A DNA stretch of 63,141 nt, filler included, from Conidiobolus incongruus B7586 (lineage: Eukaryota), in the NCBI GenBank assembly GCA_000697335.1. It is 5 parts of 5 records of this genome, joined end to end, with 100 filler letters (N's around TTAATTAATTAA, not from the genome) between each part and the next. Parts side by side here need not be neighbours in the genome. Positions count along the whole stretch, not along the records: positions 1 to 9,469 come from JNEM01000107.1; positions 9,570 to 26,988 come from JNEM01000110.1; 3 more parts are not named here. One strand, written 5' to 3'. Below are positions 1 to 10,576 of this stretch, one piece after another. Positions within the stretch are counted from its first letter, which is position 1; every line of letters starts with the position of its first letter. The notes beneath the pieces are model-generated. The model saw only the letters and a list, made by a program, of their open reading frames with translations, ran no database searches and was not told the origin of the DNA. The position numbers were made by a program, and so were the translations under genes.

Positions 1-239
1 ATTATAGATTTAATTATTTTAAATAAATTAAGTTTATGAATATTATTTTCATATTAATTTTTAAAAAACTATAAATTTAAAATAAAAATTAATAGTAAAT
101 AAAGTTATAAAAATCTTTTTTAATAAAAATCATTAAATATATCTTATTCAAAAGGTTAAAATATAATTCCATTATAGTTTTTTTAAATAATTTAAAAAAC
201 ATATCGGAAAGTAAATATGGAAAGATAAATTAATAATAT

Positions 240-1750
240 TAAAAAAGAAATTAAATAATAGAATAATTTTAAAATTAAAATTAAACAAATAAATTAATAA
301 ATAATGTATAAAAATTAATAAATTATATAATTAATATCCTCTTTTATTATTAATAACTCTTTTTTATATTTTTGGTAAGCTTTTAATATCTAAAAAATAG
401 TTCATTTTATTAAAATCTGAAATTTGAAATTTTGTAAACTAATTAAATTTGTTTGCAAGAATTTTTTTTCTTATAAATTAAATTTTTAAATATGCAAAAC
501 AATTTTAATCATATAGGTTATAATTAAATAAATATACTAGATATCATAACTCTCTCTAGTTTTTTATATATAAAATTATTTATAGCTTTAGCTTTATATA
601 TTTTATAATTATTATATAAAATAATAGATGTCTTTAATTATATTAATAATACCATTTAAGTAATATTTTATTTAAAAAATAATATATAAATTATTATTAA
701 TTAATCTTCCTTAAAATATTAAATAAATAAACTTTATACCATTATAATCTATTATAATAATTAATATTCATTTATATTTAAAATATTTATTTTTTAAAGT
801 TTATAAAAATAATTAATTTAATTTAACTTAACAGCTTATTTTATTTCTAAGCAAAAGATTATATAAAAGAGTTTAAAATTTATTAATTATAACTATTAAT
901 TATTAAACCTTTTGTTTTTAATTATACTTTAATAAATTTAGTTTAGCTATAGCTACTCTAGTTTTCTTTTAAGCTTTTATTAAATTATAAGGTATTTATT
1001 TTATATTTTTATTAATTAATTTAAGTTTAAACCTAAGTATATATAATATTCTTATATAATTAATATTAAATTGATTTGATAATTCTCTAGCTGAAATAAA
1101 AAGGTGTTTCTTAATATATCTTTTTACTTTACTAATAGGTAAAAGTGTAATAATAGAAATAAATATTTTAGATTTTAATAAATTTTAAATAATATCCTTT
1201 TTAGCTTTAAAATCACAAATCTAGTAGTATATGGTAGTTTTGGATAAAGCACTATCTTTATAAGCTATTTGCAAGTTTTAAATGATTTTAGAGGGTTTAT
1301 GGTTAAGTTTTAAAAATACAAAAACAAAAGAATTTTGATAATTATTATCTAATTTAAATATGATTAAATTTAAATATAAATTTTAAAATCAAAATATTTT
1401 AATAAAAAAATTAATTAAAATTGAATATATATAATTTGAAATATTTATTTTCTTATATATTTTATATATAAATAATCTTTTAAAATATATAATATGTTTG
1501 AAAAATCAGAAATTAAAAAATTTGCTATTTTTTAATTTCTATACTAATAGTTATAAAATATCAAATTTCTGTCTTAAATAAAAAAGACTATTTTTTAAAT
1601 ATTTTAAGCTTGCCAAATTTGTTGCAAAAAGCTATTAATAATAAAACAATGTATTAATTTATGATCTGTATTTGTTTTATTATTTTCTATATTAAAAATA
1701 ATATTTAAAATCAGTTTGAAATAAATACCATTATTTAAATTCCAAATATA
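240..1750 (-). mobile_element. Full-length but hypermutated mariner (DD34D) DNA transposon, copy 1, with long TIRs
   Basis: Minus-strand reading from about 1361 (ATA, probably ex-ATG) gives LQIAYKDSALSKTTIYY*ICDFK (mariner HTH), K*IPYNL (WVPHEL motif, ~981-1000), IVIINKF* (IVTxDESW, ~871-900), YNN (HDN), YLVYLFNYNLYD (HPxYSPDxxPxD) and C-terminal SLPKI*KRVINNKRGY*. About 240-480 is an inverted repeat of about 1545-1750. Boundaries approximate. Confidence 0.88.
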
Positions 1751-2142
1751 TGATTGATATTTATAATATACAAGGGAAGTGATATAATGTTAATTTTAAT
1801 GCATTTGGATTAAATTCATATTAAATTGCTGAAAAGAACATTTAATTATTAGTTGATAGTATATAATGAAAAAAGATATAAATATTGATATTGTCAGCAA
1901 AATCAATCTTAATAAATATATTTAATATAATAAAAATGATTGATAATCAACTAAACTAAAATAAATTTAAGTTAATAGTAAACAATTGGGAAAAAATTTT
2001 AAATAGGATAGAAAAGGTCAAGGATTAAACTTGGCTAAAGCTGACCAAAATAATTAGATAACCAGTTATTGGAGACTATCCCTAAATTGTTAAGTTTTAT
2101 TAGGCTTATATGGAGCGATAATAGCAAAATTTTGAATTTGAG

Positions 2143-2674
2143 ATGTTGAATTTACTAGTGTCATTGAGCTTTATATTATTATGTGGTTTGGGTGGTGTTG
2201 TTGGTAGATATCATGATCATCAGAAGCAAATGCTGTCAAAACCCTATAGCAAGAGGTGTCCAAAAAATCAATCATGGGACCATGATCACAAATGTAAAGG
2301 AATCTGTAAATCTAATAGAAAAAACCACCGCGAGAAACGTGCCATTAAAGCCAAATATGGATTCCGAATCCGTATGGGTATGGGGTATGTGCCAACCCTA
2401 TATATCCACTCCATTCCCGATCCCAATATGTTCATACGGTGGCATTTGGGTACTTGGACCTTGTGGATATGGCTGAAGTTGTCAGCCTTATCCTCCTCCG
2501 ATGCCTCAATCGGTATTTCCGTACGGCCACAATTGGATTCCAGCTCCTTATGGGTATGGAGGTACTTGTCATCCTATTCTTCCACCTGCTTCATTGTGTG
2601 TATTTGCCCATGTTTGGATTCAAGATAAGCATGTTTCGGGTGGTGTTTGTCGTCCTCAATCCCCATTTCGGTGA
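2143..2674 (+). pseudogene. Disrupted gene for a secreted Cys/Gly/Pro repeat protein (five C-x5-W...G-x-C modules)
   Basis: Signal-peptide-like start MLNLLVSLSFILLCGLGGVVG. Modules across frames: CPKNQSW..KGICKS, CH*SQIWIPNPYGYG/GMCQP, CSYGGIWVLGPCGYG*SCQP, FPYGHNWIPAPYGYGGTCHP, CVFAHVWIQDKHVSGGVCRP, ending at TGA 2672-2674. Needs two frameshifts and has internal stops. Confidence 0.65.
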
Positions 2675-3095
2675 AGGTTTTTCTAATTTTATCATTGAAA
2701 CTATATCATCGAACAAAATGATCAATTTTTACATTCATTATTTAAAATTATCAAACAATCATATTGATCAACATAATGGAATTGCTCTAAATGGTATTAA
2801 TTATATTGTGAAAAATAAATATTTAATTATACATTTATTTAACTATTTAGATAATGCATATATTCAATTATCTAAAAAGCATTGAATCTTCTGAAAGTAT
2901 TCACTATGAAATATATATAAATTTTTATTGAAAATTTTGAATTTAATGGATTGAACCAAATAATATAAAAATATAATGTAACTTAAAATAGTTTAATCAC
3001 GTATAAACGCTATAGTTTCGATTTTAGTTAACTTCATTCAATATTTCCAATTAAACTGGAAACAGATGATACAATCACCGGATACTGGTATAAAA

Positions 3096-4813
3096 TTACT
3101 GTTTATAAATTGATAAAGACTTCAAATTGTCGTTAGCTAACTTTTGATTCATGACGGTTTGATGATTTTGTAATACTTTGTTGGTGAGATTGTTGATCAC
3201 AGAGTGTTGGGAGTTGATGGCATCCTGAATCACTAAATATGGATTAGTTTGGGATTAGTAAAATATTTGTGTGATACTTACCATCTGCGTAATTTTGGTT
3301 GGGACTTTGAGTTAAGGAGTAGATCTGTTGGGTTAACTTTTGCAATGTTTGGAGTGATTCATTAATGCGGGATTCGAAAGAGTCAGTCGTGGCATAGAAG
3401 TAGTCCAAAGTATCATCGTTGTCAGTGGAAGAAGTGTAGGAATGAGTGCCATTTTGCAATTGGTTCAAATTACGGTAAATAAGTTGGAAGTCTTTGGTCT
3501 GGTGGTTGAGTTGGCTTTGATGATTTTGGACTTGATTGTAGTTGGATTGAAGATCTTGCTTGAGGTAAGTGGTTTGAGATTCGATTTTCTTGAATTCGGA
3601 CTGGCAGCTGTTAAGCAATTTGCTGGTTTCCTCTGTAACACTCTTTAATTCGTCAGACAGGGTCTTCTGTTGGTGGATATATTGTTCGACTTCTTGTAAT
3701 AACTTTTGTGCGTTGGGTGGCAAGTCGCTGAAAAGCGTTTTACTATCAATATTAATTCTTTGATTAGTCTTGGGATCGATTAAGATTTGATCATTATTTC
3801 CAATGGTAACTGGAGCTGTTTTGTTGATATTCAAACTGGAGAATACACCTGGAGTTTGGGTGTTGTTGAGTGTGGTATTACTTCCAAATGCTGAGGTACC
3901 TAAACCCGTAGTCCCTGTAGTGCCAAATGTACTGGTTGTGCCAGTGGTTCCAAATGAAAATGCTAAGAAAAATAAATGATTAATATATCAATTATGCAAA
4001 TAAATTTAAGTTATTACGCTTGGCTCCAGTAGTAGCTGTAGAAGTACCAAGTGAAAGAGTGGGTTTGTTAGCACCAAATAATGAAGTACCTGTAGATCCT
4101 GTAATATTAGAACCACCAAATGAGAAAGTAGATCCTGTATTACCTGCACCAAATCCTGTGGTTGGAGCTGAAGAAGTATTCGTTTGACCAAATGAGAAAG
4201 TGGACTGAGTAGGATTAGTGCTGGTAGATCCAAATAAACCACCACCAGTGGAAGTTGCTGGCTTGCTCAATCCTCCAAACCCTGAGGAACCAAAACCTGT
4301 GGATGTGGTAGCAGTATTGGCACCGAAAGTAGTGTTGCTAGTTGACCCAAATCCACCAGTAGTAGCAGTGTTAGAACCGAAAGTAGTGCCACTAGTTGAA
4401 CCAAATCCAGTAGAGCCAAATCCTCCAGTAGAAGTGGCAGGATTAGCACCAAAAGTAGTATTGCTAGTAGATCCAAAGCCTGAGGTACTAGGGGTAGAAC
4501 TTGAGCCAAAGCCAAAACCACCAGTAGTTGTTCCTGAAGTTTGAGGAGCGGAACTTGTAGAACCAAAGCCAAAGCCTCCTGTCGATGTACCAGTATTCTG
4601 CTGAGTATTGGAGCCAAACCCAAAACCTCCAGTAGAAGCACCTGAAGTTTGAGTATTAGTAGAACCGAAGCCACCAAAACCACCTGTTGTACCAGTATTT
4701 TGTTGGGTATTAGAACCGAAGCCACCAAAGCCTCCAGTGGTATTAGGTTTATTAGCGTTATTGGCACCGAACCCACCAAAACCAGTGCTATTATTTTGAT
4801 TACTTCCGAACAT
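3096..4813 (-). CDS. NUP49: FG-repeat nucleoporin Nup58/Nup49 (about 537 aa, 3 exons)
   Basis: FG/GFG-rich N-terminus, then LFSDLPPNAQKLLQEVEQYI and coiled coils. Exons 4813-4018, 3962-3282, 3232-3096. GT-AG introns 4017-3963 and 3281-3233 keep the frame. Confidence 0.85.
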
Positions 4814-5100
4814 CTTTTAAATTAATTAATAATAACAAAGTTGTAATCTAAAAAATTCAAATTATTACGTCAATAAAATATAATAATAAAAGAAATTATA
4901 AACATTTTTATATAGATAATCTTTTATATTTTTCATTAAATTTATGTAAAATCGTGATATAAAATCTATATTATTACTAATATATACCTATAATTATAAT
5001 TATTACTATTATGACTATTATTAATATTATTGATAAAATGAATTAAATCATTGAAATTCACAGTAATGTAAATTTAAATTTTAGCCATTTATTTTCATTA

Positions 5101-5108
5101 TTATGGGT
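5101..5108 (-). promoter_or_regulatory. ACCCATAA variant of a recurrent promoter motif in the Nup58/Yra1 divergent promoter
   Basis: TTATGGGT on the + strand, in sense orientation for Nup58; a variant of the motif seen upstream of four other genes. Confidence 0.35.
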
Positions 5109-5295
5109 TGATTAAATTAATTTGATTACAATGAATTCCAGATTTAAATTAACAAATCACAAATGCCATATTGATCAAAGAACTGATTAATTTGGTAATT
5201 GATTGAAATTTGTAAATCTATCATAATTTCATTTCATCACTTTCATTTATTCATTCATTTAACCATTCAAATAATTATAAATAAATATTATAAAA

Positions 5296-6114
5296 ATGGA
5301 TAAGTTAGATATGAGTTTAGATGATATTATTAAAAAATCGGGAGGAAATAGTAAAAAATCTCTTCCTAAAAATAATCGTGTAAATAAATCTCACCCCTAT
5401 CAGAGATCCAACCGCAATGCTAACAGTTCTAACGGCACTTGGAAACACGATAAATTTCAGCACACCAATCGCATTCAAAAGTCAGAACCTTTAACCACTT
5501 CGGGGAAGAGCGGTCCATTATTTACTAAATCTAGTTTAGAAAATAAAAACAAAGCTGCTCCCATTTCAATCGCCCGAATTCGAGGCCTTACTACTTCCCA
5601 CAATAACAGTAGCAACAACAACAACAATACCGCTACCAATGTGAAAAAACCACAACAGATAACTATTAAGGGCGAAGCTGGACCTTGTGTGTTATCCGTC
5701 TCCAATCTGGACAAAGGTGCTACAGCTCTCGACGTTGAGCAATGCTTCTCAAAATTTGGTCAAGTGACCAACTGTCTACTATTCTACGACCAGTATCAAC
5801 AGAGTACGGGCAATGCGGAAATCACCTTCGCCTTGAAGAAGAACGCTTTAGAAGCTATTGAAAATCTCAACAACGCAGTAGCTGATGGTCACGTCTTAAG
5901 TGTCCAGTTGAAACCTACAGTACCTGCTCCAACTCCCGCCAATTTATCTAATCGCGACAACGGTAATAGCAGCAATACTAATACTAATAGAAATCGATCT
6001 ATAGTTGGCGATAGGGCTAACAACCGTGGTTCTAACCTCTACTCCGATCGTTTAACTAACTCTCGAAATGCTAACAACAGAGGTCATCGTAACCAACGCA
6101 ATGTCGCCATCTAA
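5296..6114 (+). CDS. Yra1/ALYREF (THO4)-family RRM mRNA export adaptor-like protein
   Basis: N-terminal LDMSLDDII box, WKHD motif, one RRM (LSVSNLD...STGNAEITF...AIENLNNAVADG). Intronless 272-aa ORF. Confidence 0.75.
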   Translation: MDKLDMSLDDIIKKSGGNSKKSLPKNNRVNKSHPYQRSNRNANSSNGTWKHDKFQHTNRIQKSEPLTTSGKSGPLFTKSSLENKNKAAPISIARIRGLTTSHNNSSNNNNNTATNVKKPQQITIKGEAGPCVLSVSNLDKGATALDVEQCFSKFGQVTNCLLFYDQYQQSTGNAEITFALKKNALEAIENLNNAVADGHVLSVQLKPTVPAPTPANLSNRDNGNSSNTNTNRNRSIVGDRANNRGSNLYSDRLTNSRNANNRGHRNQRNVAI

Positions 6115-6424
6115 ATTCGAAATTGCTAATTTATAAACTATCTCTATTTGTACTTCTCGAATTGGACTTCTTTTAGTTTGCACATAGTCAAACCCCACCA
6201 TTTTATAACGTTTACCACTACCTACCCCACCATCATTTTATGATAATTTATATAAAATCAAATTTGAAAAAACTCGAGGTATTTTTAATAAATTCTAAGT
6301 ATTTTTTATATATGAGTTTTTGACAACTTTTAATCGAAAAATTAACAAATTATCCTTGTAGTTATTTATCGAATACTCTTTAGACTAAAACATCAATAAT
6401 ATTCCCATTATTAACAAATTTTGG

Positions 6425-6451
<27 letters not shown>
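6425..6451. repeat. (AT)n microsatellite
   Basis: About 13 AT units. Confidence 0.9.
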
Positions 6452-6455
<4 letters not shown>

Positions 6456-6843
6456 AAACATATTATATAAATTATATATTACAATCCTATTAATTCAAAG
6501 TATTTATAATACTTATTTTTAATTTTTTAAAACTATTTCAATATAATCAGATCAAAATCAATATTTTATTTTATGATCATATTTTTAATTAATTGATTAA
6601 TATTATCTTGTGTTTATGATTATTTTTAAATCAAAAATAAATTTGAAAATACAAAATCTAAAAATATTTCCAAAATTTAATAATTTGTTAATAATAAATA
6701 TTTCAATAATAAAATTGTTTTCTTTATTTTCAAATTATAGAATAAATGAAAATTATTAAAAAATATCACCCTACAAAAACTCTAAATATAGAGCTTATAT
6801 TCATCTTAATCACAGCAACACATAATAATAGTAAATTAAAGAA

Positions 6844-8034
6844 TTATTGATTTAAAATATCCGGTGTCAAAGTATTGAGTAGTTTGGACATCTTTTGAAC
6901 CTTAGTCTGCCAGTGGAGTAACTTACCCTTGGTCTTGATCAATTGATTCATATCGAGATAACGGGGTTGAATCCATTCGACTTTCACAACTTGATCAACT
7001 TCGTCAATTTGGCCTCGAATTAAGCCTAAGCTCAAGGCCTTCATGATTAAGTGCTCGACTTCATTGCCGGGGATGCGAGTTTCGGCAGCGATATCGGCGA
7101 AGGGGACCAAGCGATCGTCGATACGACGTTGGAAAATGTGTTCGACAAGAGCCATCAAACAAATTTTCTGTCTCAAGAAGGCGGAGTGGGATTGAAGAAG
7201 GGGCTGACGACTGAAATGGGGAGTGGAAGCTTCGAATTTGGAAATATCACCAGCGTTAAAGGTAAAAATAAGTTGATAGAGCCATTCGAATTCACCGTCC
7301 TTGAGATGTTGGAGGATGGGATGCATTAACAACTCTCCAAAGTTGTACAATTCTTCACCCAATAAAGCAGCCAAAGCCAAGTCGTGGGCTCTGGACACTG
7401 CATCAGATTTGGACAATTGCTCGGAATTTACACAACTCAAGTATAAGAAACAATTCTGGTAGTACTTGGTGAACTCGGCCCTCGACTTGTGATAGTCGGC
7501 AGTAATTCGGTAGAAAGAAGCGTAAATGGTGGGCTCCGCATTAGGAAGTTGGTCCAAATACTTACGACACTTCTCAATCACTTCTTTCACAGTCTCAGTC
7601 TCCTGATTCAACAAACGGAATTGAGCGGTCTCCATACTCGCCAAAATATAAGCTTCCCTAGTCTTATCGTCATCCACCTTAGTTGCAATTTGGTCCATAA
7701 ATTTCACAGCTTCCCCAGCAGAGCTTAATTGTTGAGCTGTAGCTAACCCAATTTCCACATAGCGAATAGGGTTAATCTTACTAGAGAAAGGTTGAATAAA
7801 ATTTTCAAAAAATCCCAAAAGATATGGAAAACTTTGGGGTAATTTGACAAATTCTTGATATGCTAGAGTTACTTGGTGCCAAAGTCTATAAATTTCATTA
7901 GTACTAATTAGTGATAAAACGTTATGAATTTACTTTTGACTATATAAATTTTGAAATTGTTCAACATAGTTAACTAAACTTTGATCGACTTGAGTTTTTG
8001 TATTATTTAAAAATGTAATAACTGGATCTTCCAT
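6844..8034 (-). CDS. RPN9: 26S proteasome lid subunit Rpn9/PSMD13 (about 380 aa, 2 exons)
   Basis: Exon 8034-7934 (MEDPVITFL...), intron 7933-7886, exon 7885-6844. Splicing rebuilds KLWHQVT. Also YNFGELLMHPIL and the PCI domain EVEHLIMKALSLGLIRGQIDEV...WIQPR. Confidence 0.96.
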
Positions 8035-8149
8035 CTTTTATTATTATTATTATTATATATTTATTGTTAATGGATTATTCGTGTTAATGCTTAGTACTAT
8101 TGATTACGTATTAAATTATTGATTGAAATTTAATGGTGTACATTTAGTT

Positions 8150-8157
8150 TTATGGGA
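8150..8157 (-). promoter_or_regulatory. TCCCATAA upstream element of RPN9
   Basis: TTATGGGA on +, about 116 bp upstream of the ATG in sense orientation. Confidence 0.5.
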
Positions 8158-8430
8158 TTATACGATTACAATTTGATTTTGATAAATTTGACTAAAATAT
8201 TAAATTTAATCAATTGATTAAATATAGTAATAATATTTCATCTTATATTCATTAACTAACCTGAATCTTTTTAGTTTGAATGTTTAAATCACTGGAGTAT
8301 ATAATTTAATCAATATTATATTATGATTATATTTCGACTCTAAAAAATAACTCTTAATTCTTTACATCTTCCCATTAACTATTAATACCCAAAAATTTAT
8401 AAAATACCAAATTATCAAATTTAATTATAA

Positions 8431-8887
8431 ATGTCACAATTCAATGAATTACTGCAATACCTAAATCATAAAGATCTCAATTCATATCAATTAGCCAATC
8501 CCAATTTCACCACTGCACAATCCCATACTACTACAAGGAACTCAAATTGATCTACCCTGCCAAATTCAAGAACTCTCCAACAAAACCTTGATTCGAAGGG
8601 TAGTCAATCAAATCTACCACCTGATCCAATTCTGCCTCAAACACTAACATTTGGTGAAATTTCTAGAACTCAATACCTTTTGCAATGAATCCCAAATTTA
8701 AGCTGTGACCAATTATTTCAATTTAAAAGGGATTAAATTCACAAATATTGATCTCTATGAAATGTGTACACGATTCCTGTATTCTCAACTCTGGTATTTG
8801 GATAATTTGATTATTGTGGGTTGTAATGATTTGAATTTAGTAAAATGTTTTTATGAGTTGAACGAATTGAAATTTCCTTTCAGCTAG
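8431..8887 (+). pseudogene. Degraded ORF of about 150 codons, unknown family, divergent from RPN9
   Basis: MSQFNELLQYLNHKD..., one frameshift, then PILLQGTQIDLPCQIQEL...FCLKH*HLVKFLELNTFCNESQI*AVTNYF...FPFS*. Coding-like composition against much more AT-rich flanks. Confidence 0.35.
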
Positions 8888-9469
8888 ATTGCTTGAAAAT
8901 TGATTATTAAACTAGAAAAATTATAAAATCAAAGACATGTTTGAAAATTATTTATTTAGTTAGTATAAATGTCATAATAATTTTCATTTAATTTTAATCA
9001 GCTTCAGTTATTAGTTTTTAACTTACATAATTTTATAAAAATCTATAATAATTTTGAAATATCTAGAATTGCAAAATAACATAATAATATAACTAATCAG
9101 ATTATATTTTTAATTAAAATGAATAACTTTAATTTAGTAATTTATCTATATATACTAATCTACAAAAATAAGTCATAAAATCAAAAATACATATATATTT
9201 ACTTATAACTTAAATAATTTTAATTAAATCAATTTAAAATAAAATATATAATTTAACTATATTATTTAATTATAATTAACTATATTTGACTATATTTTAT
9301 TAAATATTGGTTAATATATTAAAACCTAAAATTTAATTAAGTTGAGTTATAAATTTATAAGTTTTAAGTTAAAATAGTTAAAATAATAAAATTTAATTAT
9401 TTTTTTTGTTATATTATATTTATTATAATATTATTAATTTAATATTTTTATAATTTATATTATATCATT

Positions 9470-9569
9470 NNNNNNNNNNNNNNNNNNNNNNNNNNNNNNN
9501 NNNNNNNNNNNNNTTAATTAATTAANNNNNNNNNNNNNNNNNNNNNNNNNNNNNNNNNNNNNNNNNNNN
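9470..9569. other. Scaffold gap with artificial six-frame-stop spacer
   Basis: N44-TTAATTAATTAA-N44. Confidence 0.98.
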
Positions 9570-10450
9570 ATATTTATAAATTAAATATTAAATATTTGGA
9601 ATTTATAAAAGGAATTATTTAAATTTAACTATTAAATTTTATCTTATATATTGATGAATATTGATATAAAAGTTTTTTTAATATATTAATTATAATAATA
9701 TATTATGGTTAATTTGTAACTATATATAATAGATTTTATTGAACTATATATATTCTATTATTTATTGGATTTTTAGTTAAATTAAAAGATATATATTTAT
9801 ATATTTATTAATTAAACTAAGTTTTAATTTTATTATATATTATATACTATATATTTTTATAACTAATAAAAATTATTTTATGTTTTTTTATAATATTATC
9901 ATATTACTCAATATATTTTGTAAATATACTAAAAACCAAAATTATAATAATAGATATAATCCTTTAGGTTTTAATAAATTTTAGATAATTTCTTTTCTAA
10001 TTTTAAAATAATTTAATTAATGGTAAAGTATATTTAAAAAAATTTTTCTTTATAATCTTTTTGTCAATTTAAAATCATTTTAAAAGTTTTATGAATAAGT
10101 AAAATAATAATAATAAATAAAAGCTTAAGTTAATTATTATTGGGTTTAATTATATCAAATTTAATAATAGACTTACGAAAGTTAATCTTTTAATAAAAAA
10201 CATTATTTATCCTTATATATAGTTTAGAGCTATATACTCTGCTTTTTATTTTGTATATAATTTTTTTTGAAAATAATAATATAATTGAACAATAATAATT
10301 TAAAAAATTTCCCATTTTATTGATTTCAAGGTAATTTATAAATTTAAAATAATTGTTGAAAAATTTTTAAATTTACTAAAGCAATTTACAAAATATTCAG
10401 AAATTTAATTTTTTATCAAAAAGGTAAAAAACAAGATATGGAAAATTTTA
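9570..10450 (-). mobile_element. Hypermutated mariner, 5' half (copy 3), cut by the gap
   Basis: Minus strand ...H*LNYFKIRKEII*NLLKPK matches copy 1 YY*ICDFKAKKDII*NLLKSK. Shares the AAAAATTTCCCATT motif (~10303-10316) with copy 2. Confidence 0.7.
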
Positions 10451-10576
10451 TAATAATTATTAAGCTTAAATATATTATTCAGTCATGTTTCAAGCTTCGG
10501 TTGAAAACTAAAAATATAAAAAATTTATTTAATATATTCAATAATGATAAAATGAGTTATATAATTAGATAAAGAA

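Noticed and set aside
1..2100. Ultra-AT tracts as mitochondrial insertions or mere low-complexity DNA
   Set aside because: No mitochondrial gene, tRNA or rRNA motifs; the main tract decodes as a mutated mariner transposase.
2474..2476. In-frame TGA/TAA as selenocysteine or a reassigned genetic code
   Set aside because: The TGA aligns with Gly (GGA) in a sister repeat. Intact genes here end in TAA, TAG and TGA, and the affected loci also carry frameshifts.
4020..4800. Periodic ACCAAA/GCCAAA repeats as a CRISPR-like or satellite array
   Set aside because: They are the reverse complement of FG-repeat codons in the nucleoporin.
4865..4872. CRE-like TTACGTCA upstream of Nup58
   Set aside because: The same word occurs downstream of the transporter (~43777); too few cases to support a call.
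3442..7728. Antisense and alternative-frame ORFs over Nup58, Yra1-like and Rpn9 (also over the TFs, transporter, DID2 and Reg1-like)
   Set aside because: Shadows of real CDS codon bias, mostly with TTG/GTG starts.
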